Assembly (NCBI GenBank): GCA_964016885.1
Contig: OZ024750.1
Coordinates: forward strand, 19,592,001 to 19,656,000
Reading direction: 5' to 3'
Length of the DNA stretch: 64,000 nt
Source of the DNA: Eledone cirrhosa
Taxonomy: Eukaryota
Translations under genes and position numbers: made by a program
Part shown: piece after piece, positions 1 to 14,213 of the stretch
Position numbering within the stretch: position 1 is the first letter of the stretch
Layout of the letters: every line of letters begins with the position of its first letter
The notes under the pieces: generated by a model
Database searches by the model: none
What the model was told of the DNA's origin: nothing
What the model saw: the letters and a program-made list of their open reading frames with translations, nothing else

Positions 1-199
1 TATCTAAATTTCATCAACTTATTTGAGAGTCTTCTCTGCTATTTCAATTGAAATTTTGTTTTACCTGTTTATACATGTTATGATTATTTTTGCCTTTTAA
101 TCACTTTTTTCCCATTCCATATTTTCTTATAGTTACATCAAAACATTGAGCTGTTTCTTGTCTAAATAGTTAATTATTTTATGTTAAATCATTATCATT

Positions 200-420
200 A
201 ACAAAGATAAGATAACTGACTTTACTAATTTCTACATTAATAATACTTGCAAACAACGTAATTTATCATCAATGTACACCAATGACAACTTGTATAATGT
301 ATTCTAGAGAGGGATTTAAAAAGCTTAATGAAAGAATGCACCCGTGTCTAACACCTATTGTAAAATAATTGACGTAGTAAATTTATAACCACATCCGCAT
401 ATTTTTCATATCTTTATAAT
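200..420 (-). pseudogene. Highly decayed RTE-clade LINE reverse transcriptase remnant
   Basis: Minus strand around 300-360 translates to IGVRHGCILS..LF..LEYI, resembling the RT motif GVRQGCILSPxLFNxxLExIM. No intact frame; boundaries approximate. Confidence 0.5.
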
Positions 421-3320
421 AAATATATAGCATCTACTTTTGTAAAGCTGATTTTATATTAAGACATTAAAAAACTCACACACACACACACAAAAATGTA
501 GATTAATTTTACCCACATGGACGTAGAAAAAGCTCAGGATCTAGACCTTTCGCCTCGCAATACTGAAAGCCTGGCTTTGATCTCAAAGTGGGGCATATTT
601 GAAAAATAACTTTAAAATAGCCTGAGCTCAACCCAAACATATTGGATGAAAGTTCGTGGATAGAAGCTGCATGAAAACCCATCGAAATGATTATACATTT
701 AATTTAAAGTTATAGCCTTGTCGCGTATTATAACACTTTTTATGCCTGAGAATTAAGTTAAGGGTTCACGTGTCTCTGGAATGATCTGCCGCATGTCCTA
801 TAATGCAAAATGTATTGTATCTGTATTAGAAAGGGCTTGCTATGTCACATAGCATTTCCAGCTGAATCCTCAGGTGAATAATGTTAAGGATACACATGTC
901 TCTGGAATGTACATCCACTAACACATTGATATGAGTAGACCGTTCCATTGATTTAATAACTGTATCACTCATCACCGAAACCAAGTAACATTCTATCAAT
1001 AGGAATCAGTTTTTATTTCGCTGAGTATCATATTTATTTTTTTATTTCATTCTATGGATGTATAAAATATTTTATCTTTCTCTTTCCATTCTTTGGAAAT
1101 TGTATTACATTTGAGTTTGTCCATTAAGCCAGAAATCACACAGTAGTAAAACGCATTCCACAAAGATTCTTCACAAATCCTTTGATTTATATTATCCATT
1201 CCAAGTCACATATTCCATTTTCAATTCCAAATTGCTTGTGTAAATTCTGAAGCTAGCTTTTGTTGTATATTACAGTTAATAATCATTGTTAATTGTTTTA
1301 GCACGTTACTATATACCTCCCCTTTCTGGTTGTCAACTGCATCAACACCATTCCGCTCCAATGTTAGTAAAATAGTTTGCTTTGTTTAGTAAGTTGCCAT
1401 ATTTATCTTCAACTTGAAAAGTACAAATACATATCTGGTTAGAATTTTGAATATTTTATACGCAATTTGTTGGATTATCTAATTTGACGAAATCCTCCAA
1501 ATTCTTCAGATCTTACTATATTTTCGTTTGTACCGTTTCCGTTTGGCCAGTTTATACTTCATTTGTGCTTTTCCGTTTTTCTTTAATAATTTCCATCATG
1601 AATACATCGTTTTTTGTTTTTACTTTCAGGCAAATAGAAATATTTGGAAAATGGAATGTATCTAATTAATGAATATATTTTGCTGAACTGTATATTAAAC
1701 TGCGACATCACAAATATTATATTCGTTTGATTGTTATCATAGCTGGTACATTTGGGTTTCAAGTCAAACCTGAGGGCAGAACAATTAAATACACTAATGT
1801 GTTTAATACGTAGCTCGGAACCACTGTCATGATTCTTAGAGTGAAGAAAGAGTTGCGACCTATCTTCAAGGAAAGACACTGACTGTGTTTTTCAAGAACT
1901 TGGAAAATATTTGGAAAAGATTTTCATGGCATTAAATTGAAATTTGACTAATCAAAAGCTAAAATAAACTTCAACATATTTTCTGGTTGTGTAGCATGTC
2001 CAGTCTTCACATTCAATTAAGTATTGACGAAATATACTCCAATATACCATGATGTCTCCTTTACCATAATATTTCTTTGTTGCTTTCACCTCCATTAAGT
2101 GTGTATTTGCTATAATGTGACGCGACTAAAACTATTCAAATTGTCGCCCACTTTAATATTCAATAAATTAATCAAAATTGCGTGCCATAGTTATATTTTA
2201 TCACACATGGTTTTTCATTAAATTATGAGACTATGTCAGAATTTTTATTTGAGCTTTAGGGATGTTCATTTGACGTGCAGAGATAATACTCTAGAGAAAT
2301 ATATGAGCATGATATTATCTCCCATTTTCCGTTTTCCTTTTCATTCATATAAGCGTAGTACGACATAATCAATATCTATTTTTATTACAATGAAGTTACT
2401 AACCCGTGCCCGTGTCTGTTTGTATTCTCATCTCAGGGGCATATAGCAGTACTTGAAACCTAAGTGCATTGATCATTTATGTCCATTAACTTTACTACAT
2501 TTCAAATTTTACAGCCACCACAATATAAAATATGAATTATGAGATAGCAATCACCTATTCTTTGATCATCGATTCTGGCAAGTCCGTGACGAATAATAAT
2601 GATAAAGACTTAAAAGCCAATTTAGTCAGATTTAATGAAGCGAAATTTACGCAAAACAGATAAGGGAAATCCTTATAATTATATTCCAATCATTCGAACA
2701 TCGAGTGTAAATGATTCATGGAAACGTTGCCCACATTTATGTTTTATTTAAAGCTATATCGATCACTTCAAAGTATTCGAAGTATTCCGTCCTTCTCAAT
2801 CACTGTGTTACTCTACGATGTTTATTTCACACGAAAATTAAATTATTCAATTACAATTCTTCCTTCTTAAGTTATCTGGTATCCTCGACAGTAGCGTTAT
2901 ATCTTTAACGTATAAATTGATGTTTGATAGAGTGTGGGACATACAAGCAATCAATAGATCACTGCAGATTATATGATCTAATGCTTATAAAGATAAGTAG
3001 TTTTAAATTTCCTTGAACATTTAGTTTATATGATTAGCTTGTCTTCAATTCTTCACTGAACACACATACACAGATATACAAACACACATATTCATACCCG
3101 CATATATATACTCACACACTGAATCACGTACGAGCAAAGACATCATCAGATACACCATCACAAACGAGCGCACACACTAGTATCATCCATAAACACATAT
3201 AGATGAAACTATACACATTCATATACATGTGGACACATACACATCAACACAGGCTCACATAAACATGACATTAGCCAGGACACACAGTCTCCAGCAAGAC
3301 CTACTTGAGCATGTAACCCC

Positions 3321-3416
3321 TATGTATGTATGTATGTATGTATGTATGTATGTATGTATGTATGTATGTATGTATGTATGTATGTATGTATGTATGTATG
3401 TATGTATGTATGTATG

Positions 3417-3454
<38 letters not shown>
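3321..3454. repeat. (TATG)n followed by (TA)n microsatellite
   Basis: Direct reading of the sequence. Confidence 0.97.
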
Positions 3455-3455
<1 letters not shown>

Positions 3456-3647
3456 CGAAGGAAATGTGGTAAGGAACCAGGTGGACCATAACGCACCAAA
3501 GTACTCAATACTTAGGGTAGTAGAGTGTATAATAGGAACGAGCAGGACCCCGGCGGCTGAGCTCAAGCCATTTCGACGGCTAATTCTGGACAGAATTAGC
3601 CGTCGAAACGGGTTGAGCTCAGCCGTCGGGGTCCCACTCGTTCCTAT
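3455..3647. mobile_element. Short PLE-like terminal palindrome (family B): 116-bp hairpin plus ~77-bp one-sided tail, in (TA)n
   Basis: Arms 3532-3588 and 3591-3647 are near reverse complements around a 2-nt centre. Tail is 3455-3531. (TA)n flanks both sides. Homologous copy in opposite orientation at 38403-38596. Confidence 0.7.
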
Positions 3648-3785
3648 ATATATATATATATATATATACATACATATATATATATATATATACATACATG
3701 TATATATACACACATTCACTTCTACCAAACTCGTCCCATGGACTGAGTGCTCCACTAGTACGGATATAACCCTCCAGTGTTCTAC

Positions 3786-3830
<45 letters not shown>

Positions 3831-4533
3831 ATTCACAAGAATCAAAGCTATGTTCAAAGCATTTATTCACTTACAATTGTTTCATCCAAACCTAGGCTTG
3901 GAGTCGTCGGAGCATTTTTCAGTGTTTGTACACATAATTGACCTCCTTTCCAACGCAAGGACATACAGATACTTATGTATATATTGATGTACAGTGGAGT
4001 GACATATATTATATTATATTATTTCTGTATAGCAATTTAAATTCAAAATCAAAATCAAAATTAAAATAAAATTAAAACAAAATTAAAATACATTCAGCAG
4101 TTAACATAGATAATGCAAGAGGAGAGTTTGTTAGTCAGATGTCGTAGTTAGTGTATGCGTTAGTTACACGTGGGGCATGCACGTGTGTCTCATTTATATA
4201 TGATTATTGTGTGGCAGGGTGTTACATGTAATACAAGCACTTTAAGCGGGTAAGTAAGAGTATTATGGAGGTTGTAGTGGTAAGGTATTTTTTGTATATA
4301 ATAAAGAAGTATGTGTGCAGAAAAATAAAAATAAAAAGAAGCAAAAGAAAGTTATGGTTTTCGTATCCACCACCATTTTCACATTCAGGAAAAGTAATAT
4401 ATAGTTTATACATACATATAGTTTATACATACATATAGTATACATACATATAGTATACATACATATAGTTTATACATACATATAGTTTATACATACATAC
4501 AGTTTATACATACATACATACATACATACTTAC

Positions 4534-4569
<36 letters not shown>

Positions 4570-6471
4570 GCACACACACTGTTTATACAAACACACACAT
4601 GTCATCACGAATAACATATACACAATTCCAACACTCTTACACACGGAATACAGTTTTCGGATCTATAATATGGTATACGCACGCACACAGCCCCTACACA
4701 TAGGTGCACACACTCTAGTCACCCATACAAAACATACTCCAACAAAGACACCTAGTGATGACTTCCTTAAATACACCCAGTCTCACTCACACACACTCCA
4801 TAAACATACGTGCATATGCGCATTCATACATACACTTACAAATGCGACCAAGAGTACACTCACTAAAACCCACACAGGGATACACTCGCACAGAAACATT
4901 CATACACAGTCTAACAGTGTTATTGATGTAAGCGTTAAAACATAAGTCGACCTAATCACCACACACGAAGATACAACTATATTCAGGCACACACACATAA
5001 ACAAACGCACATTGACAAACACAAACACACACGCACACACACACAAGTACACACACACACCCCTTCATACATACACACACTAATTGGCAATATACACCAA
5101 CAAGGACATGAATTAACCGCGCCCCAATACAAGACCCAATACAAATACCCACGCACACAGACACACCATTAAAAACATATACATCATGCCATTACGCATA
5201 CACTCACATACACATACGCCAAAATAAAAATAAAACACACAATCACCTCAAAGTGACCTGCAAATACTACTCTTTGAACTCTGCGAATCTTTTGAATTCT
5301 TTTCGCCAAATCTATTCTTTTGAAAAGACCCTAGTCTTCATCCTTAGTGAGACACACACATTCCCCCACCATCCACTCCAACCCTTTATATTCGTCTTCC
5401 GGCAACTACAAAGCATATTGAACTTCTGAAGCCCAACTACAGAAAACTCTTCCCTTAGCACATATAGACACAGAGAGATCCATGCAGACACACCGCACAC
5501 TCAGCTATCCCCACATCAATAATCTGCACAAACACCCTCATACACATACATGCTGGTGGCCTCTACAAACACACACCAAATCATGCACATACACACACTG
5601 AAAGCTAAACAAACACGCAGACATGCTCACTCATACACACACATCCACAGACAGCCTACACATACACACACTCAACTCTAATCAAACACGCATACACGCT
5701 CACTTATACATAGACATACATATCCACAAACAGCCTACAGATACACAGACGCTTCTAAGAACACACTAAGATACACTCAAACAGAAACACACACACCCAT
5801 CGACTACCAAATAGCTTTCTGAACTAATGATGACCACTGCAAATCTAAAAACAATACAAATAAAAAACCTTTTCCCGCCAGCCTTACCCAACTTCTGAAC
5901 TGCAACTGTTAAAACTTCCGAATGCAGACAATGTGTATCCCTCTCATTAGGTTCATATGGACACAGACGCACCCACGCGACACACACACACACATACATA
6001 CACATGCACACACACACAAACACATACATTTACACACTAATATTACACAAACTCCCACTCTCACAGGCTGACACATAAACGCATACGCATATACATATCG
6101 TCGTGTACACAGTCATATAATCATACACAAAAACCAGCCTTTTCACATGGTAGTCGCTGTTTTCTCCGCTGGGTAGTTTCTTAACGATTTTGATACATTT
6201 TTGTTAACATTATTAATTTTTTTTTAATAGCAGCCCTTACATAATAGAACGAGCTATCCATTGGATAATTTTTCTCCTCGAAACAACTGTGAAACGAACC
6301 AAAACGTCTGTACCCCCCCCCCCCCCTCCACAAAAAAACGAAATTCATTAGAATTTTACCAAATTCAAAAATGCCGAAAGTCAATGGCACCAGGGTTTCA
6401 CTCACATTAGATGTTTTAGCAGTCAGCGTGACAGCTTTTTCAACTAATGGCGATCACTGAAAATCCCCAAA

Positions 6472-6582
6472 CCTACTCACCTCCATCGGTAAGGAGTTCG
6501 CTACACGCAGGCGTGAGCTTCGTGAACTGGAATGGCTCTTCCAATGTGTCACCTTTACCATCACGCGGGAAAACGCTTTATG
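6472..6582 (+). pseudogene. Fragment of CRE-like non-LTR retrotransposon, restriction-like endonuclease C-terminus
   Basis: Translates LLTSIGKEFATRRRELRELEWLFQCVTFTITRENAL*. Homologous to 44780-45000. Confidence 0.6.
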
Positions 6583-6858
6583 ACAGATCGTTTCTTGTCT
6601 TCTTGCGTATAACGCATTGATTAAATTTGAGGAGCTTAATGCATAGTGCAACACATATACTAGATATATATTTGTGTTCTGTTATGCCATATTAGATCAA
6701 CTTAAAATAATTTTTAATTCTTATTTATTCCTTAAGCAGTGTATTTTTACTGAGTTTTATTAAAATTTCCTGCATACACTTTTACAAGGTTATGTAAAAT
6801 TATATTGTATATGATATGCTATTCCATTCAGAACGCAATAGATACTTTCTGTACAATA

Positions 6859-7005
6859 TGGTGGTGGATTGGCCCTGGGACACTATGCTTCTCGATTCTC
6901 TAAATTCCGAGTTTGAATCCGGCATTTGTCAACATTGTTCCAACACAGTCCGGAGTAGATAAAATAATATACTATTCAAATATTACCGGCCTTGTGCCTA
7001 AAATA
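6859..7005 (+). mobile_element. Degenerate MetaSINE-like SINE
   Basis: Starts GGTGGTGGATTGGC and ends GGCCTTGTGCCTAAA like the younger copies; interior diverged. Confidence 0.55.
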
Positions 7006-7392
7006 GTATGAGAATGTAGTATAAACTTTATAAAGGTCTGTAAACATGTATATAAAATGTTTATTTCCATTTAAGTATACATATTATATCAAATATTTCT
7101 GTATATATATTATACCAACATATTTTTGAAAATTATCGTTAAATATCGAGCATAGGATTGCATATTAAAGTTTAGTACATATTCGTCAGATGAGACTTTA
7201 TACAAACCTGTACATTAATATCTAACTTCGTAGTAAGAAAGTATAAAATATCAAAGGAATGACATCTTGAGTTTGAAAGTTTTCACGCTGAGATTCATAT
7301 ATAAAAGTGAAATATAAAAAAAAAATTATGACACCCCTTCTCCCTCTTTCGCTATGAATAGCAACATAGAGAGAGGTGGTGTAATCTTCTTT

Positions 7393-7434
<42 letters not shown>

Positions 7435-8092
7435 TTTCGATGTGGGTGTAATTAACACAATATAAAGTTATACTTACTAACTTAATCATAGCTGATTAGC
7501 TTATTCCAGTGAACTGAAAGTAAATAAAACACCGTATTTACTTTACCAACTGTAGCCTGAAACTTAATTACGCTAAAGAACTATAAAGTGACGAACAACA
7601 AAAAAGTATGAAAAAAGTATAAATTAAAACTAGAACTAGTGGAATGTATTTGATGAAGATTTATTCTTTCGTTGATAGGAGAAAAGAAAACAAGAAAACA
7701 AGAAACAAAAACAGTACCAAAATATCAAAACAAGAGAGAATGTCTTCTTTGATCCTGAACATTAAGGAACATATCATGATAGCGATAATTATCCAAGTGA
7801 CGAAATAAAATATAAGAAGTAATAAGTTTTTTAAGAGGTGGGGATATATCGGTAGTAACTGGGAAAGGGAGTAAAACGATGATACAAATGTAAGAAATAA
7901 TATAGATATTAAGGTATTATGAATAAGGAGCTGTCAGTGAATGGTGTTATCTATATATATATACATATATATGTAACACCATTCACTGACAGTATGTATA
8001 TATATGTATACATATATGTATATATATATATGTATATATGTATATATATATAAATGTATATATATATATGTATGTATTTATGTATGTATATA

Positions 8093-8121
<29 letters not shown>

Positions 8122-8123
<2 letters not shown>

Positions 8124-8258
8124 TCACATATTTTTGGTATTATTAGCTTGACGGTTCTTAGGACTCAGTCTAACTGTGTATATAATTAGAGTTTCATAGT
8201 TGATTAGATCAAAGATAATTAGAGTCTGCTTTCCGATGAAGTAAACACACTCATACAG

Positions 8259-8312
<54 letters not shown>

Positions 8313-8353
8313 CTGTATGAGTGTGTTTACTTCATCGGAAAGCAGACTCTAAT
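8122..8353. mobile_element. TA-flanked palindromic insert: 44-bp arms around a (TA)n centre plus ~95-bp tail
   Basis: 8218-8261 is the exact reverse complement of 8310-8353. The tail 8122-8217 carries ACTCTA..ACTGAGTCCT on the minus strand, like the other tails. Confidence 0.55.
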
Positions 8354-8614
8354 ATGTATATATATATATATATATATATACAAAAAAAAATATATATATG
8401 CTCACTAATACAGACACACACACACCTCTCACACACATACATATGTATATCGATTTATCAAAGTACATACATTCACGCACAAAAATATGAAGGCTAATAA
8501 ATTATTTATTATATAGATTTGTTGATTGATTTTATATGACATACACATATGTATATTGACAACATATATATTACATGAATACATACACACACACTCAAAT
8601 ATATATATATATAC

Positions 8615-8646
<32 letters not shown>

Positions 8647-8811
8647 CTGTGTGTGTCTGTGTGTGTGTAAATAGTTATGCATACATACACAATCTAAGAT
8701 ATTTTGATAACACTGAAAATAGTACATAAGTCATGCACCTGTAAATAAGATCTACATATTTAGATAAGCTTTTATATACACATACAAAAACATGTATCTA
8801 TATAAAATCTA

Positions 8812-9084
8812 AAGTCTTTCTTAAGCCAGAAGGCTCATTTGGCCGGTGCTTATCCCATTTTCTTGACTTGAAGCGACTGAGAATCGAAGACTTCCCCATG
8901 GACAGAACGCCAGTCCATCGCAGGCTTAAACCTCCAACTATTGCCGTTACCCATTTTCAGCTGAGTATACTGGAGCAACGTGAAATGAAGTGTTTTGCTC
9001 AAGAACACAACACGCAACCCAGCAATCGAACCCATGGTATTATCACCATAAGTCCAAAACCCTTACCACTAGGCCACGTGCCTC
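8812..9084 (-). mobile_element. tRNA-derived CORE-like SINE
   Basis: Minus strand has A box (TGGCCTAGTGG), B box (GGTTCGATT) and CORE-like GTGTTCTTGAGCAAAACACTTCATTTCACGTTGCTCCAGT. Second copy at 38809-39080. Confidence 0.8.
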
Positions 9085-9101
9085 TACACACTCACACACA
9101 C

Positions 9102-9142
<41 letters not shown>

Positions 9143-9326
9143 TAATTTAATATATCTACTAACAAGCGCACAGATGTACGCTAATGCCAGCAAATACACA
9201 GGTTATGTCATAATACCTAGGTGGTTCAATGCAGGAAGATGCAGAACAATAATATAAATGACGTAAAATAAGAAAATTTAAAAAAATTTTTTTAAAAAAA
9301 TTAACTTACTTAAATTATATTTTACG

Positions 9327-9380
<54 letters not shown>

Positions 9381-10786
9381 CTGTGTGCGCGTGTGTGTGT
9401 TTGTGTGTGCGCGTGTGTGTGGAAGAGGGGGTCGTGTTTGTTGAACCTGCATGTGTATTGGAATATTGGTGCAGAAAATTTCATTTCCAATAATGTTGGT
9501 AGTACCACACATGCAATATTACCAAAAAAATTTCATGATATAACCTGGTTCCCGATCCGAATTCTTGCAACGCACTGCATACTTTAAAGGAATTCAGGTG
9601 TCAGGAGAGAGTGTTATCGAATGGGCTGTTTTATGATAATTACCATCGCTTGCATCTCTTCCATGGGTTGCAGTATTTTGAAGAGCTGAGGATGAACAAT
9701 TCAGATCACTTCTTCTCGCTTATAAGATCAGTTTTAGCATACCACCACGCGAAACCCAACAGGGCCGGTTTGAACTATGTGTGTGATAATTATATCCATT
9801 GCCATATCGATATAGATGTTAAAGTATGGCGTCCTAGAGCCTAGGAACCCATCCTGCTTTTATTAAATTATTAAGCAACTTAGAGTAGAACTCTGTGACC
9901 TAAACGGGACATATTCTGTTTCAAAATTTAATTCCAGGCGCTGCTTTTCCTCGTTTGGTTTCCGCTAATTTGCGTTTAGCAGTGTGAAGCGAGGTCTCTT
10001 GGTCAATAACGGAGTATAATACTTACCCCGAGGATCGGACCCATGACTGTACGATCATAAGCCATGACTATACGATCATACACATTCTCATGGATTTAGC
10101 CTCACCCTATATTTTTTTATAAACCATGTTCATACATTTACTATAAATACAACCAGTTTCTCCATATAAAACGAATATGTTTCTATATTTCCAGGATATC
10201 AGGCATTAAGAGGATATTATTCTCCTCTAAATGTAAGGTGAAAGATAGGTTTAACGATTTAAAATAGTAAAAGTTTTATCAACAAAACATCTTACATAAA
10301 ATAAACAACAGTCGATATAATGCATATGAAATAAAATTAGTACTGCGCTGAAGAATTATTTGCACGAAAAGATGAATTATATTCTCGGACAAATAGATGA
10401 CGATTTTGCAAAAATAGAATGAACCACTTCTATATATCCAAACAATGGAATCGATCAATCCATATTTGTGCTAAGTGTGTTGGAACTGAACCAACTGAAG
10501 CATCAAAAAGGATTCCCATTGGAATGAAATGAACACAAAGTCTAGCGAGCACTTTTCTCTTCTATTGAAAATCATTGTTTAACTTGGACGTATCGATACT
10601 CGCACATTTCTCCCAAGAGTTTCATCACCTGAAAAGAGTTCTTGCGAAGGAATATAGATTTTCGATTATAATTTCTATTTGCATTCAAAATAATACATAT
10701 ATACACTTCACACATACATGCATAAACACTTACATAAGGCATGTATGCATAAATACATACATACACATATAATGTGTGTGCACATA

Positions 10787-10839
<53 letters not shown>

Positions 10840-10847
10840 TGTTTACG

Positions 10848-10884
<37 letters not shown>

Positions 10885-11872
10885 TATATATATATATGTG
10901 TGTGTGTGTGTGTGGGGGGGGGGGGGTGAGCGTTTGTGAAAGTATTCAAATATATGTACTGATTGTGGAGGTGAGACTGTGTGGGTTGGTGTATATGTAG
11001 GTGCGTATGTATGTGTGCGTATATAAATATATTTACATATGCATGGTTTTACGTATAAAATATGTTTCAATATCATCAATTAAATGTCCATATTTATCCA
11101 ATTATTTACACTACCACAATATCTATCTATGAATACGTACATACATAATACCACACACATACGCTCGCACACACATACACATGCACACACACACACACAC
11201 ACATACACAGTATATATAAGTAAAGAAAGAGAGAAAAGAGAGCCAGAAAGAAGTAGAAAGAGTGTATGTGGAATTCGTTGTCAATATGTTTAAGTGCGTA
11301 TTTGCAATGTTTCGAATGTGTGTGATTGTGTATATATTTTGTAAATACATAATCCTACCGTATCAGTATGTTTGTAACGAAGAGAGTCATACTTATTGAC
11401 ACATACATACATGCATAAAATACAAATACAACAATTTGAAATCATCTAGAGTATTCGTGTCAGCCTCCATTCAGAAACTACATTTTATGATAGATATGAA
11501 ACTAGAGGTACACACACAATCCCACGCTCATATCTTACTTTAGAAGCTGTCTAAGATTTAAGAATATTGTGAGGGAGAAAAGTATGTATGAAAACGTGAA
11601 CTCGTCATAATAAATCACTTTCCCATACACACACACAAACTCAGGGACACACACGCACACTCACACATGCACATACACATGCACACACACATACGCACAC
11701 ACACACACACACCGCTTGGCGCCGCGGTAACGATTTTACATATCACTGTACTCACTCTGAATCTCCCCTTGCATTGAGTACGCCTATGATTTGTCGTCTC
11801 CTCGGTCTCAACACAACATCACAGACTCCCCCTCTCTCTCTATATGTATATATATATATATTATATATATTA

Positions 11873-11910
<38 letters not shown>

Positions 11911-11913
<3 letters not shown>

Positions 11914-12038
11914 GGTTTGAGGTTCACCACTGGATAGAGCTGGTCAATTCCGTATGGTCAATCGCAATGTAATAATATGGAGAGTACTCAACGTAAAGCA
12001 GTTCAAACACAAGTCCAGCCTTCTGTCATTTCATTATA
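11911..12038 (-). mobile_element. TA-flanked short insert, probable PLE tail fragment
   Basis: Unique ~130 bp between (TA)n tracts, with GTTGAGTACTCT on the minus strand matching the shared tail motif. Confidence 0.4.
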
Positions 12039-12849
12039 ATATATATATATATAAACGTTAGAATATGTGTAATAAGGCCAAGACAAAGCAGATATGGACA
12101 TAGAAAAAGAATGCAATAGTGAGAGATATTGATGAGAATTCGTCTTTCACCTTGCATTTATTTAAATGTCCTTAATATATATATATATATATATGAAATT
12201 TAATTTCATTTCATTTTTTTCTGCCATCAAATGTCCATTAATACTCATGGCTGTCACAAGGACATCGTATAATCCTAGAATATATTATTACATAACCACC
12301 CTCTGTTTAAGCTCTCCTGCTCTTCTGCATATTGAAAGTCCATTTTAAATTAATTCACTGAACAACTCATTTAAATAGGTTTAATTGTAAATTAGCTACG
12401 AGTTGGGCCGATTTGAATATTTAGCGAATAAACGTCAGGTATGGAATATTTAAAATTCCATCAGTAGTTACTGATCAGTTTTATTGATCATCATGAAAAT
12501 ATTAGGTCATCACGTATGAAATTTGTAAAAATGTGTAGAAAGAAAAACACATTTCTACAAATTCCATACTTTACGACCCAATAGCTAAAGTAACAATTGT
12601 TAATATCAGCGTTTTTTTTTTCTAAAATATTACCGTTGTGATAATATACCGATCTGCAGTAAAATGGTTTAAGATGTGGCCGAATGTATATAACGTACGC
12701 TTTGCCACAACTACGCCCTGGTTTCTAATGCAGCGTGTAGTATTTTGAAAAATGAGTCATTTGCCATAGCGTCGTTCAGCCTATTTCTTTTAGTAACTGT
12801 TTGCAAGGCTGTCGGATGGACTGACTTCCATCACGGTTTCGGAGAAGAA

Positions 12850-13010
12850 CGTTCCAGTTGTTCGATCAACGGAACTAACTTTTCTAGAAATTATCGAGTT
12901 AATGTCTGAGCATTCCACAGGTATGTATATGCTTAAGGTAAATATCGGAGAATCTGTCTGACACAATGCGGGAGAAGGCCGACTCTCTGATTTAGAGTTG
13001 CAGTCCATCC
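12850..13010. mobile_element. Decayed fragment of an older SINE family (related pieces near 850-990, 13955-14060, 21835-21935, 43960-44200)
   Basis: Shared motif CAGTTG..CGATCAACGGAAC..GAAATTA..GT....CTGAGCATTCCACAG recurs at these sites. Confidence 0.55.
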
Positions 13011-14096
13011 CAAAGGCTTTTAAACGGTCTCTGTCTACTAAATTATACTCACAATTCATATGGGTCGACTTCAGGCTACGGTGTATAGCACTACGACAAG
13101 ATTCCGTCCTGTTGATATTATACGCAATATTTAAGCAGTCTTACACTTTATACATTCCAAATATATAAAACAATCAGATCCTCCCCGCAATGATATTATG
13201 CAGAAAAGAAAGCATTAAATTCAGAAAAGAAAGCATTAAATTCACTATTGAAGTTGACAAGTAACTGCTGGAACAAATAGAGCATCTTATGAGAATTCAT
13301 ACGCTAACAATTTAGTCAATTCGCAAGACAGGAATTGATGATTTATTTTATAAAAGGATGACAAGGCAAAGTAACCTCGAACATAACTATCCAAAACTAA
13401 CACCCCAAGCTTTATAACGTACACTCTAAATACCTTCCCAATTCATAACCTCAACATTATATAAATACGCACAGTTAAATATCTTTACATGTTAACACAT
13501 ATTAGAACCAAAGACAATCTTGATTTAGTTGGACATTAAGTCATTTATCACTGTCTTTTTGATATTAGAATGTGAATACAATAAAAGCTAACAATACATT
13601 CTTTTGTTCTGTTTAACAAGGAATATTACTTTATTTGTAACGAGGAATTAATTGTGGAATGTTTTCAAAGAAAGTCGTTCTCATATATTAGAAAATTACA
13701 TGTAACTGGAGCATAAAATAGTTTGTGAGGAGCTGAGTTGCAAGATTCAATTGATAAAAAAGAAAAATTATCTCCAATTTAATACCAGCAATGGTTGTTA
13801 ATTTAACAATGAAATAATCTTAACGCCAATCACACGTCTTGTTTGCCGAGGAAATTATCAATAGGACAACACGTACGATCAATCTTTAGTGAGATTTTAT
13901 AGATTTAAACAGAGAAAATCATGTTGGACCTCAGTAGGTTCCGACGATGATTTTTTCCCAGTTGATTGACCAAAGGAACAGCTTGCTCCTGAGATTAACG
14001 TGAAAGCAACTGAGCATTTAAGGTACTTCTCAGAAGGATTCAATGCGATACGTTGTGTGAGATGATAATAATAATATTAAAGATGATAATAATAAT

Positions 14097-14200
14097 TATT
14101 TCTACATTTAGCACAAGGCCAGAAATTACCCAGTGTATTACTGGTACTTTATTTTATCGACCCCATAAGGATGAAAGGCAAAGTTAACCTCGGCGGGGTT
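14097..14200 (-). mobile_element. 5'-truncated MetaSINE-like SINE
   Basis: Meta-like domain CTTTGCCTTTCATCCTTATGGGGTCGATAAAATAAAGTACC on the minus strand, with an (ATT)n tail. Confidence 0.85.
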
Positions 14201-14213
14201 TAATAATAATAAT

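Noticed and set aside
3229-3857. 196- and 200-aa overlapping ORFs
   Set aside because: They run through microsatellites and the family B hairpin; no protein-like content.
8310-8353. CTGTATGAG...GGAAAGC as a hammerhead
   Set aside because: Core spacing is wrong and the stems are unconvincing.
8812-9084. tRNA gene from A/B boxes
   Set aside because: The boxes belong to SINE heads; there is no complete cloverleaf and the SINE body follows.
9500-9850. Possible DNA transposase remnant on the minus strand
   Set aside because: Only a vague resemblance (KYAVR..D..PGYIMKF); not supportable without a search.
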